From: Podarcis muralis
Taxonomy: Eukaryota
NCBI RefSeq assembly: GCF_964188315.1
Contig: NC_135672.1
Span: 12,958,001 to 13,022,000, forward strand
Reading direction: 5' to 3'
DNA length: 64,000 nucleotides
Under the pieces are notes generated by a model, which saw nothing but the letters and a program-made list of their open reading frames with translations, did no database searches and was not told the origin of the DNA. Both the position numbers and the translations under genes were made by a program. The number at the start of each line of letters is the position of its first letter. Positions within the stretch are counted from its first letter, which is position 1. Shown here one piece after another: positions 1 through 11,714 of this stretch.

Positions 1-354
1 TTTGTGGACACTCATCAATATTTACATCGATGTATCCCTATATACCAGATTAAAACAAATCTGTCTGCTTTTATTGTTATCAAAAGATAAACAAACGTTC
101 ACATACGTTTGAGAAACCAAGGTGCCACTATATATGAATTGGAATCCCTTTTTAAATCAATTGAGATTCCCTGCGCATCCTCCTTTCTGAGCTCAGCGCC
201 ACTGGGAGGGCGGCAAAATAGGGAAATTCTGGGTTCGAGAACCAAAGTGCCACTGTAATCAGAATTTTATTCTTTGTAGTTTTCTTATTTGCCCCCAAAT
301 CTGGCTGCGTTGCCCCAGCCCCTCCGCCCACAACCCCTGCCCCAGAGCGGGCAC

Positions 355-3300
355 CATCAGGAGGGAGCCCCCGCTGAACCCGGACACCATCCTGCCCATT
401 TTCCGGAGCAAAGCGCCACAGGTGGGGGCTCCATCCTCTGGCAGCCCCCCCAGCTGCTGCCTGGAGAGGAGCTGCCCGCTGAGACTGTCCCACAGGCGGA
501 CGCAGCCTCCCGCCGACACCGACGCCACCACCAGCCGCGGCACGAAGATGGCAGCGCACAGCCAGCCGCCCAGGGGCTCAGCTAAGATCCGGAAAGCGGG
601 GGCCGCTGTGCCCAGGTGCCAGGCCTCCACCTGCGGGAAAGAGGGAGGGTCTGTTGAGACTCTCTTGCAGGGCATTTCCCATTGTGCAACACGGAATTGC
701 AGAATATTTCGGACTCTCAGAGTCTCCCTGTTTTCTAAGGAGAGTCCAGGATTAACCGTCCCGTTATAATGCCAGTCTACGCACCTCTGAGCCAGACACC
801 CAGTACACAATTTGGTGTTTGTCGTCCACACTGAGTTGGCACCATTCCTGATCCCCCGCAGGGACGGCGGGCACAACGGCTTCCTCCCTGCCAGACTCCA
901 GGCTCCAGAGTCGCAGGGTTCGATCCTGGGCGACCGAAACGGCGCGGGTACCCCTGGCGAAGACCCTCAGGCACCTCACTTCGGCTGCAAGGAATCGGGG
1001 GGAGATTATTATTAATTATTATAAAAGTCAGAGAGTTGTATATTTCCTTGACATCTGATGGGAGAGGGTGCCACCACCAAGAAGGCCCTCTGCCTGGTTT
1101 CATGCAATTTCGCTTCTCGCAGGGAGGGAACCACCAGAAGGCTCTCGGAGCTGGACCTCAGTGCACCCCAATTAAAATTCGCCGTTAATCACAGCTGCCT
1201 GGCACTGCCCGCCCTCTGCCCCCCATGCAAGCAAGAGGCGGCCTGGCACCAGGCTGCCTGGCAAAAGCACCCTTCCCTTCTGATCCTCACCCGAGTGGCC
1301 GAGGAGGATGTGACGCACTGAGAAATCTTCCGTGTCCCACACGATGATGGAGCCGTCCGAGGAGCCAGCCAACAGCATCCTGTGGTCAGGGCTGGCTTCC
1401 AGGACGGAGGTGCCTGCAAATTGTGGGGGCAGGTCAGAGGGGCAGCTCTGGCATGGGTCACCTAACCCACCAGGCTGTGGGTCCAGCAGTCTGGGCTGGC
1501 AGAGAAAAGGAAGGACTTTTGGGGGGTTCACCTGCGGAACTCTCTGCCACTGGAGGTAGGGGTGGGCAGTGAAATTCACAGAGGACAGCAGGAAGCTGGG
1601 CTTAGACCATGGCTTCCCAAACTCAGGTCTACGGCTATTTTCAAACTACAGTTCCCATTATCCCTGACCTCTGGTCCTGCCAGCTAGGGAAGGTGGGAGC
1701 TGTAGTCCCAAAACAGACCCAATTTTGGGGAGCTTTGGTTTCAGATGACCCAGCCGCTGCTGTCCGCCAGGGCTCTCCTGATATCGTGGGGGTCACCCGT
1801 GCGAATCCCGACACCCACCTTTGGGGAATCCTGGCAGCGTCTTCTGCAGAGGCCCGTCCGGTGGGTCAAGGAAGCCGGCGAGAGGGACGAGGGACGGATG
1901 GGGCCGCGATCCAAGCCAGCTCTTGCACTGCTGGCAAAGACCCGCGATCAGGCCGCCCGGGTACGAGGGCACCAGCGACTCCAACCTCGCCAGCATCTCT
2001 GTGTAGACCACGTTTGGTTCTGGAGGGGCGAGGAGACAGGGGAGGGTCACACACACACAGCGTTTATTTCGTTATTGCATTTGCAGCCTGTTAACGGAGA
2101 AATCTGAGGGCTCCCTTGGACAACAAACAAGGACACCAGCCAGGAATACCAGAGCAAAACAGCAGCCAGTAGGCTTGGTCTTGATTGAAGACAGACAGGA
2201 CTCCCACCTGCCACCAGGTGGAACAAGATGGAAGCCCCGAACAAAAAAGAACCCAAACTTTTATTAGCTGCTCATCCCCATCTTACACCCCCCAAACTAC
2301 ATCACTCATACATCATGATTACATCACGAAAGGGGAGGTCTGGTGGCAGGAATCTGAGCATCCTGGACCCTGCCCCATGGTTCCCCTTGCCCTCCACCAA
2401 ACACCCATCAAGTGAAACAAAAGAGATATTTACATTTCCCTGTTTCCCAGCCAAGTGAATCACTCCCTTTTGTCTTCATCTGGGTTTGTTATTTCTGGAA
2501 TGGCTACCTGTCTGGCCCTCAGGTATCAGGAGGCCAGGGATTACCACTCAGGCAGAGGGGCTGCTGAGGAGCTGAGCTCACCTGTCTATAGGAATTTCTG
2601 AGGTTTTCCCAGTGAGCCAGTACATAGGAACATTGATCAGTGAATTCTGACATTTGGTATCATGCAGCAAAGGCCCTTTGAATAGCTAGGAAGAAACTGC
2701 GACGAAGTGTTTTGTGGGGACAAGTCCCAAAAGTCCCAAAAGTGATTGTGCTGGTTTTGGTAGTGGACTGCATGTGCGTGATATCTGCTGGAGGGGCAAC
2801 CCCCCCCCCCACCTATACATAAATTCCTGCAACAACACACACAGCATTTATTTCATTATTGCATTTGCACCCAACCTCCCTTTTATTCTGAGGAGCTCAA
2901 GTCAAGCTCCCTGGTTCTCGCCCTCCCTGTTTTATCTGCGCAACAACAGCCCTGCAGAGTAGGCTTAGCCGAAAGGAAGGGATTTGTCTTCGAAGGTCAG
3001 GAAAGTGGAGATTCTTTAAGAGCAACAGACCCACCTAAACGGCCCTCAGCATCGTCCAAACCGGGATCCAGGAGCCGGAGGAGGCAATCCCGTACCAAAC
3101 GCAGCTCCGGGCAGAAGATGTGAGTCAGGCACAGGGCAAAGTCCGTGGCCAGGATCCGCACGCCAGAGGAAGCAACCCTGCAGGAGATCCAGGCCATGTT
3201 CCCTGGAGGAGGAAGAGAGAAAGCACATTTACTCCAACGTTTCTCCCCTGAAAAGAGGGACGTCCTATTCCATCCGCTCCAACGTTTCTCCTGTGAAAAT

Positions 3301-6300
3301 AGGGACGTCCTATTCCATCCCCTCCAACGTTTCTCCCCTGAAAAGAGGGACGTCCTATTCCATCCCCTCCAACGTTTCTCCCCTGAAAAGAGGGACGTCC
3401 CATTCCATCCCCTCCAACGTTTCTCCCCTGAAAAGAGGGACGTCCTATTCCATCCCCTCCAACGTTTCTCCCCTGAAAAGAGGGACGTCCTATTCCATCC
3501 CCTCCAACGTTTCTCCCCTGAAAGGAGGGACGTCCTATTCCATCCCCTCCAACGTTTCTCCCCTGAAAAGAGGGACGTCCTATTCCATCCCCTCCAATGT
3601 TTCTCCCCTGAAAATAGGGACGTCCTATTCCATCCCCTCCAACTTTTCTCCCATGGAAAAGAGGGGCAATGGAAGCGCAGGAGCTCTTCCCGCTCACCCA
3701 GAACGTCTCGGCGCAGCTCCTCCATCCGTCCCCCGTGGAGCAAGTGGAACGGCTGTTCGCTCAGCTTCCTCCGGTTGGGAAGACGGCTGGAGAACCACAA
3801 TGGCTGCGGTGTCACCTGGGTGAGAGGGAACGAAGATGGGGCTTTTTTAAAAGAATAAAAAATAATTAAATTATGAAATGAAATGAAAAATAAAGACTAA
3901 AAATAATGAAATGATGAAATTAAAAAATAAAGAATAAAAAAGAATGAAATGAAATGAAAAAATAAAAAATAATGAAATGAAATGAAATGAACCCCCCCTC
4001 GTCTGGCCAGCAAGGGAAAGCCCCCCCCCTGTGTCCCCCACCCCGGCATCTCCCCTCGCCGGCCCCCCTGGCGCTTTCGGGGTCCCCAGAGCTTCACCTT
4101 CCTGTCAACGCTCACAGGCTTGGCAGAGGAGGGCAGCACGACGGGCTTCTTTGCCCCCCAACTCCAGGTCCCCCGGAAGAAATCGGCCAGAAGCAGGTGG
4201 CGCCGGACGCGGTCCTCCGGCCGAGACAGGTAGCGCTCCTCCACCACGGCCGAAAACTCCCTGGGCAGAGGAAGGAGGGGTGGCTCAGGCCAAGCCTCGG
4301 GGCTTCGGATGGGCAGCGGGGTTTCGGGCTCAGGGGGCGTCCCGAGCCCCATATCTAGATGCAATTCGAGGGGAGAAGCCGGCACCTCTGAGCTCTGCCC
4401 CCCAACCCCCTCCCCTTTGTGGGTCCTTGTTGTCAATCATTTCCTCTCCCGCATCTTTTATGATAATCCAAAATCTTCTACCTCTCCACTGTGTCCAAAA
4501 TTTGCCATTAAACTACTTCCGCATACCTGGAGGTGCCCAGCATGTCACCTGGAACGTTCTGCATGCCAAGCAGGTGTCCTGCTGCTCCCAAGCTGCGGGC
4601 TTCGCCCTTTTGCAAAATGGGACCCTCTCTCCGGACCCCTTGGCAGCCCCAAAAAGGAGGGGAGGAAGAGGGGTGGCCCCTGACCTGTGGAGGAAGGCCA
4701 TCAGCACGAAGCCGTCACACCACTTCTCCTCCAGCTCTGGGTTCAAATCCCGGCGCAGGCGGGACCACAGCAAGGGCGGCAGGCGGAGGACCCCTTTGCC
4801 CGGTGGAGGGTGCGACCGGTACACCTCAGAGAGGACCTCATTGTCCAGGGACAGGACATCCTTCATCTCTGCTTCGGAGAGGCCGTTCCTGCACAAAAAA
4901 ACAAAATAAAAGGTAGGAAATCAGGCAGAGGAACTAACCAACACCAGCTTTGCCTACCTCCCAGGGTTGCTGTTTGTTTTTTAATATACCGTATTTTTTG
5001 CTCTATAAGACTCACTTTTTCCCTCCTAAAAAGTAAGGGGAAATGTGTGTGCATCTTATGGAGCGAATGCAGGCTGTGCCGCTATCCCAGAAGCCAGAAC
5101 AGCAAGAGGGATCGCTGCTTTCGCTGCGCAGCGATCCCTCTTGCTGTTCTGGCTTCTGAGATTCAGATTTTTTTTTTCTTGTTTTCCTCCTCCAAAAACT
5201 AGGTGCGTCTTGTGGTCTGGTGCGTCTTACAGAGCGAAAAATACGGTATATAAAAGTTTTGGTTTGCTTAAGAAAGAGGAAAGATATGAAGTTTTGTACG
5301 TTCCCCTATAAACCTTAATCAAATTTACACACAAAAAATAAGCACACGTAGGCAGGTTCTCACCGGGTGCAAGCGAGGTAGCCCAGGGCGTTCGCCACCA
5401 ACACGGAGCCATGCGCTTCCTCCATGCGCCCGCAGAGGCGGTGCGCAGCCTCTGCGGCCGTGAGCGGGACCGCCAGGGCCGAAAGCGGGGCGTACGATGC
5501 CCACCGACGAGCCTCAGTGAGGGCGAGGGACAGCGGCAGCGCCTGTCCGCTGTTGGAGAAGCTTTGCCGGAAAAGTGCCCGCTGTTCTGGCTGGAGGGTA
5601 CGCCCTGCAGATGCCAAGCTCTCAGCCAGAGCCTTGCCAGCCTCCTCGGCGGAGAGAGGGGCCACCACGAAGGGGTCCCCGCTGAAAGCGCTGCCACCCT
5701 CGTCCTGGGCAGAGACGACCAGCTGCACTCCGGGAGGGCAGACTGCCGGCAGCCAGGCGGTGCCCAGACTCTCTGTGGCATCGAGGATCAAGACCAGAGG
5801 TTGAGAGGCCTGACGGGAGGCTGAGAGGAGCGCATGGTGGAAGCGCAGAAGAGGGTCACCGGTGCCCGGCGGGCTAAGCCCCAGCGCCAGGCAAACCTGC
5901 TGGCAGAGGCTGGCGAGGAGGGCGTCGCGCCCGCAGCTGTCCTGCGATGCCCCCAGCAGCCGGAAAACCACCACCGCCTCAGGTCCCAGGGCCTGGCAAG
6001 CCGCCCCTCGCAGGTGGCACAGCAGGACGGTCTTGCCACAGCCGGGCGGCCCGTGGACCACGAGGGGAGGGTGGCACCGTGGCAGACTGTCCCTCAGGCG
6101 TTGGCAGAGGGAGTCCACCAGCTCTGGTCGCCAGCACGGGCTGCGGCAACGCTCCTGAGCCAGGGCGGCATGGTGGCTGAGTTCCTGCAGCAGCCGCCCA
6201 CCGCCAGGGCGCCCTTCCCGCGCCCGCAGGGCCCGGATCGCTTGGTAGTTGGCGACGGCCACAAACTGGTCGCACAGCTCCTTGAGGTGTTTGGGCTGTG

Positions 6301-9300
6301 GCTTCTGGCGGAGGGCGCCGGGGGCCGCAGCATGGGGTGCCCGGTGGACCCTAAGCAAACCGGGGCAGGCGCTGGCGACGGTGCCCTTCAGCTCCTCCAG
6401 CATCTGACGGGCATCTTCCTCCTCTTCCTCGCCGTCTTCCTCGCCCTCCTCGTCCAGGGAGGTCTCGGTTTCTCGGAGGAAGACCACCGCGGCACCTTCG
6501 TCCTCCGGCCCCAAGAGGCGTGCCTCGATTTCCCTGTGCGTATCTGGAAAAAGAGGGTGAGTGTGTGAGGAGGAGCGGCAGAAGGCATCCTCACAGAACT
6601 CTAGCCCAACGGTTGGCATTAATTTGATTCCGAATTGATTTTAGAATGCATTTCAATTAATCGATTTTGATTTTAGGTAAACTGTGTTACTTTTATTGTT
6701 GTTAGCGGCTTCGGCTGGGGAGGGCGGGATATAAATAAAATTTTATTATTTATTATTATTGTACCCGACAAGTGTCACGGTTTCCCCGGGACGGTCCTGG
6801 AATCACAAAAGCCCAATCGGCCCAAACAGAATGGGGGAAATAAGGAGCATATACCCTGAAAAGCAGGGCCCTCAAATTGATACTTGTAGTTGATTCGATG
6901 AACTCTTGCAAAATGTATTCTGGCGCTTAAATTGAAAACAGAAAGGAAAGGGGGCGATCGCGGATTAAGGAGGAGACCGCTTGCTAAAAATGAAAAGAGA
7001 ACCGTGTTGAGGATGGAGGAAGTCGATTGGAAGAGGAGAAGCGAAATATGGTGTATATATATATTGCTGATTATTTGTTCTGCATAAGTTTCCATACATA
7101 GCTATGTTTTATTTGCATTTCTTCATTTTTTTTGTGTTTTCTTTTTGGTTGTGTGTTAGTAGTTCTGTGTTTAGTTTTATGAGTGCGTGTGCTGCGAAAC
7201 TCAAAATAAAATTAAAGAACGAGTGGAATTACAAAATTATTATTATTATTAAAATGAGGTGCCAGAACTCACTTGTTCTCTCTACCAGAACTGAATTCCG
7301 GCTGGAAAAAAAAGCCCCGTATATAATCGATGATTGTGACTATTATTAAATATATTAGTAATCGTGATAATAAAACGATGCATCAAATTAGAGGAAGGGA
7401 ATTTCCTTGCAGAAACGGGCCAGACACAGACACACACCTGATTTGTGGTAGCGCAGTCGCTGATACTGGCCCATCAGCCCCTTCCTCTCCGCCTCCCAGG
7501 CCGCTCTGCGCAGGGCCGGGACCAAACTCTGCTCCTCGCCGTGGGGCAGGGGACGTTGGAGGGCGTACACCGGAGGGGCGGCATTCTCGTCCTTCAGGTA
7601 CCGCCGGGTCAGCATCTGCAACGCCTGCGGATCCTCCTGTTGCAGCTGGGCCGCCAGGGCCTCGAATTCCTCCTCCCCGATGGTCGCGGGGGCCGGGCAG
7701 GGGCCGTAGCGGCTCCCGAGGAGAGCCTGGGGTGGGGCGAGAGAGGGGCAAAGAGGGTCCTGTCTAAGCCCAGCCTCCTGCCCTCACGAGCCCCCAAGCC
7801 GGAGGCGAGAGAGACGGCCTGCTTTGGCTCTCCGGCCTTTCTAAGGTAGACTGCTCCTGTCCAGGGAGGCTCCATTGAGGAACCCTAGGAAAGTCAGAAG
7901 AGCCCAGTGGCAACAGCAGCAGGATCAGGCCCAAGAGGGGCCCATCTAAGTCCAGGTTCCTCCTCCCATTCTTGCTCTCCCTCTTTTTTTAAGGTAGACT
8001 GCTGCTGCCCATGGAGGCTCCGTTGAGGAATCCTAGGAAATTCAGAAGAGCCCTGCAGCAGCCAAAGAGGGTGTCATCTAAGTCACAGCGGCCGACCAGA
8101 TGTCCGTTATGGGACTCCCCCCATCAGGATTCGAACCCAGAGCCTTCTCTCCAGCGACCGGCATTCAGATGCATCGCTGCCTCCGACTGCGGGGGGACAG
8201 AGATCCTTGCGAGAACCCCCTCCCCAGCCCCATAGCAGCTCCCCTTGACCCCCGGGGAGCCCTCAAGGAGGAGACGCTGGCACTCACCACGAAACTGGGC
8301 CCCACCGAGAGCTCCTGGCAGCGCCGAATCTCCTCCAGAAAGAGGGGCTCTTGGCCAGTGCCTGTGACGTCACGGACGCCCCATCTCAAATCAATGACCT
8401 GGACCGGATTTGGCGGAGGGGGAGGTTAGCAAGGTTGAAGGCAGGGGGAGGAATCCTGCGCCTACTTGGGGGGTTTGGAAAGACCCCTCCCGGGAAAACT
8501 ATAATTCCCAGGATTCTCAATGTGCTTCAAAATGCACCAGAAGGATGGATTTCCCCCCCGGTCCTGTGTTCGAAACACCCCTTCTGCTCAAAGAGGCGCG
8601 TTCAGCTGGCTCTGAGCTGAGATAGGGGTGGGGGGGTTGAGGGGGGGTCCTCACCTCGAACATTAAGTCGTGTTTCTGGCAAAAGGCCTGGACTTCGGGG
8701 TACGCCGACTCCATCAGGGCCTCTCTTTCTGCCTCCATCTCTGTAACCGGAGAATCGGAGAAGGGGGGCTTTCGTGCTGCTAGCTTTCTGCTTGCGAGGG
8801 GCCCCAAATTTATTTATTTCACTCGAAGGCAGCCCACGCGCTTCTCCCCACAACGAGGCAGGTCGAGCCAAGAGGGGCAGCCCCACAACAGGTCACACCC
8901 CCAAGGAGAATTTCAGGCCGGCCGAGTGGCAGGACTCGAACCCTGCTCTCTCTCTCTTTTTAAATTTTTTAAAAAATTTTAAAAATATTTATTTTTAAAT
9001 AATTTTTTTAAAATAATTTTTTTAAATAAATAAATTTATTTATTTGGTTTTCCCAGTTGAAGTTGTACAACCAGATCTCCAACATACCTAATAAAAACAA
9101 GATTCGAAATAATCTCCTGGACGCCGCCTCCCCTTTTTGGTGTCCTATTGTCATTGCTCCCCACCCCCCTAAAAAAATGTTTAGAGATACTCTCGTTTTG
9201 ACTCAAGAAAACCACCGTTTTCTAGTTCGAATCGGGGAAAATACATACAGCAAATGGAAAAAAATACAAAGATTCACAAAATGTTTAACACTGTGTCCCC

Positions 9301-10209
9301 CCCAGGGAAAAAAGGACTGCCTATTGTTAACCATTTCCTCCCGCATTTAAAAAATAATAATCCAAACCCTTTTACATCCCCATTAGACCCGAAAATTCAC
9401 CATTGAACTACAAGCATTCTCTCTCTCTCGTTTTGTCAGGCCCTGACCAACAGATACTCTAACCACTGTGCTGCGCTGCCCCGCAGCGCTTCGCTCCCAC
9501 TGAGCCACCTCCAATTCGTTTATTGTTTCATTTTTGTTATTTGCAGACGTACAAAAGAAAATATGATTACGCAAACATTAAAGGAAGAAAACAAAAGAAT
9601 TGGGCATTACCTTTAGCAACACATACCTTACAGTGAATTATGAAATGCAAAAAAATACGGGAAAACACAAAATTACAAAACTATAAATAGGGAAAAGAAA
9701 GGAAGAACAAGAATAAAGAAGAAGAAAAAGAAGGAAATTAAAATTTGGTTGGCTCCGATTTGACCCCCCTGCTCAAACTCTCATCTCTCTGATGATTGTG
9801 CCAAATGTCAGGGATGCTTTTGGCGAGATCTTGGCCTGGCAAGTTTGGGGTTGGGCTAGATGACCGCTGGGTTCCCTTCCATCTCTGATCTTATGAGGCC
9901 CCAGGAAGCCCAGCCCTGCACCCCACGCCCAGGCCTCTTCCTGCCTGCCTGCCCCCCATCCTCTGTGGCAAATCGGGGGGCACCTGAAGGCGTTGAGCTC
10001 ACAAAGATCCGGACGAGGTTGCAGGGCCGGCTGCCCCCCTTTCTTCCCCTGAGGAGGAGGTCCTGCTCCGGCGGAGAGAGGCTCATCCTGCCCGGCTGCC
10101 GAGTCGCTCTGCCTGCCCCGGTGCCAAGGAAGGTGCCCGGTCCTCCCCAGGGAGGCAGGTCGCCATGGCAATGCGGAGGCAGGTGGGGAAGAGTCCCTCC
10201 CCGGGGCAT
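355..10209 (-). CDS. NWD1: NACHT and WD-repeat domain protein 1 (STAND NTPase), 13 visible coding exons; the 3' part lies beyond the left edge
   Basis: Exons (minus): 10209-9984, 8740-8655, 8398-8288, 7726-7438, 6543-5364, 4888-4685, 4260-4098, 3815-3698, 3202-3035, 2019-1819, 1413-1291, 984-785, 630-355. All are GT-AG with consistent phases (3345 nt, 1115 codons). Motifs: VIDLRWG, Walker A GPPGCGKT, Walker B LVLILD, NGLSEAEMKDVLSLDNEVL, PQPLWFS and WD40 repeats (GSSDGSIIVWD, QDRTLRLWSL). The start codon is uncertain (ATG 10209 or 10086). Syntenic with TMEM38A. Confidence 0.92.
1000..1170 (-). mobile_element. L2 3'-end fragment
   Basis: TTGACATCTGATGGGAGAGG...CCACCACCAAGAAGGCCCTCTGCCTGG, the lizard L2 tail seen many times in this window. 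Confidence 0.8.
2089..2395 (-). mobile_element. Partial LTR-like interspersed repeat (same family as 16028-16840)
   Basis: Begins TGTTAACGGAGAAATCTGAGG and shares about 300 bp with 16028-16680. Confidence 0.6.
3225..3655. repeat. 45-bp minisatellite, about 9.5 units, inside NWD1 intron 3203-3697
   Basis: Unit CCCTCCAACGTTTCTCCCCTGAAAAGAGGGACGTCCTATTCCATC, with 15-aa periodicity in the ORF track and no spacers. Confidence 0.97.
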
Positions 10210-10714
10210 CGTCAGGTGAGGCACACCTGAGGCGTCCTCTGGGAGGAGAGATGGAGAAGGGTTGCGGTGGTGGCGGCAGCAGGATCAGGCCCAAGGGGGC
10301 TGGGCAGACGGCCCCCCCACAAAGAATAAGAAGCCCCCCTCCAACAAGACCTAGTGCCGGATTTATGTATAAGCTAAACAAGCTCTAGCTTAGGGTCCCA
10401 CTCTCTTAAGACCCCCAAAAAATTTAAAGGGGGAAAAAAGCTTAGTTTTTTCACTGTTAATATACTTCTTAATTTAATTTCACTATTAATATACTTCTTA
10501 ATTGTTTTTCAGTTCAACAATGACTTTGATAAAATACATCTTTTGTGATGTGCAAATGGCTTGAGATGCCTATTTGGTCCATAAATTACCATATAGCATA
10601 TATTCAACACACACACAAAAACGGCGACAGTTTGTTGTTGACAAAGGACAGCTGGACATAGAAAGGGCCCCATGGCCTACAGGAGCTGAGGGCCGCATCA
10701 AACTGAAATCTGGC

Positions 10715-11325
10715 CCTGGCAGGAAGCCAGGGGTCTGAGGGCTGGGAAGCAAGGAGTCACGAAGCCAGGGGTCCGAGGGTTGAGAAGCAAGGAGTCACGA
10801 TGTCAGGGGTCCGAGGGTCAGGAAGCGAGGAGTCACAAAGTCAGGGGTCCCAGGATCAAGAAGCAAGGAGTCACGAAGTCAGGGGTCCGAGGGTCAAGAA
10901 GCAAGGAGTCACGAAGTCAGGGGTCCTAGGGTCAGGATGCAAGGAGTCACGAAGTCAGGGGTCCCAGGATCAAGAAGCAAGGAGTCACAAACTCAGGGGT
11001 CCCAGGATCAAGAAGCAAGGAGCCACGAAGTCAGGGGTCCGAGGGTCAGGAAGCAAGGAGTCACGAAGTCAGGGGTCCGAGGGTCAGGAAGCAAGGAGTC
11101 ACGAAGTCAGGGGTCCCAGGATCAAGAAGCAAGGAGTCACAAACTCAGGGGTCCGAGGGTCAGGAAGCAAGGAGTCATGAAGTCAGGGGTCTGAGGATCA
11201 AGAAGCCAGGAGTCATGAAGTCAGGGGTCCGAGGATCGAGAAGCAAGGAGTCATGAAGTCAGGGGTCCCAGGGTCAAGAAGCAAGGAGTCATGAAGTCAG
11301 GGGTCCGAGGATCAAGAAGCAAGAA
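10715..11325. repeat. 38-bp minisatellite, about 16 units, between the tetraspanin stop and the first NWD1 coding exon
   Basis: Unit AAGCAAGGAGTCACGAAGTCAGGGGTCCGAGGGTCAGG; the AAGC anchors at 10747 and 10785 are 38 bp apart. Confidence 0.95.
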
Positions 11326-11714
11326 GCCCAAGGCAGGAAGCGTGTTGCTGTGGCAAAGAGCTGAAGGGAAAATGCTGACCTTCTATCCCTTCCCGGCTCT
11401 TGCCACCAGGTGCAGTGAGTTACCAATCAGCCTCACCTGTGCAGCTGCACCTTGCCTCTCCAGAACAAACTTAGGAAGGCCCCAGTCCTGCAGAGTCCTA
11501 TTGGTCACAGGGCCTGGCTCCTGCACTCACTCCTGACACCCCAGACTCTACAATTCTTTGGCATAACACCCCGATATCGGTTCGTGCAAAGCCTGCGGGA
11601 AGATTAAATGTGGCGCCAGGCCTGCCCCCCTTTTCCAATGCCCTGTTTTTGCTGCCAAAAAAAGGGGTGCGCTTTTTGGGGAGGGAGAAGCGGCAAAAGG
11701 GTCTTGGGAGATTT

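Noticed and set aside
152-354. Further NWD1 exon at the left edge
   Set aside because: A TACAG acceptor-like site exists near 258, but the translation shows no WD40 or NWD1 similarity and overlaps MITE-end sequence. The next exon is probably outside the window.
3225-3655. CRISPR-like array (also 10715-11325)
   Set aside because: Head-to-tail units with no unique spacers, no cas genes, and a vertebrate intronic or intergenic context: these are minisatellites.
3145-3858. 237-aa plus-strand repeat ORF antisense to NWD1
   Set aside because: It is open only because the 45-bp unit lacks stops. No Kozak, promoter or homology support.
5411-6568. Several long plus-strand ORFs opposite the NACHT exon (also 4031..4909)
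   Set aside because: Antisense shadows of GC-rich coding sequence.
8110-8160. tRNA-like GGATTCGAACCC motifs (also about 8930)
   Set aside because: Isolated B-box-like strings with no cloverleaf or A box.
10800-11536. Ser/Gly/Lys-rich repeat proteins
   Set aside because: Short frames in the 38-bp repeat. The unit is not a multiple of 3, so the frames cycle and terminate.
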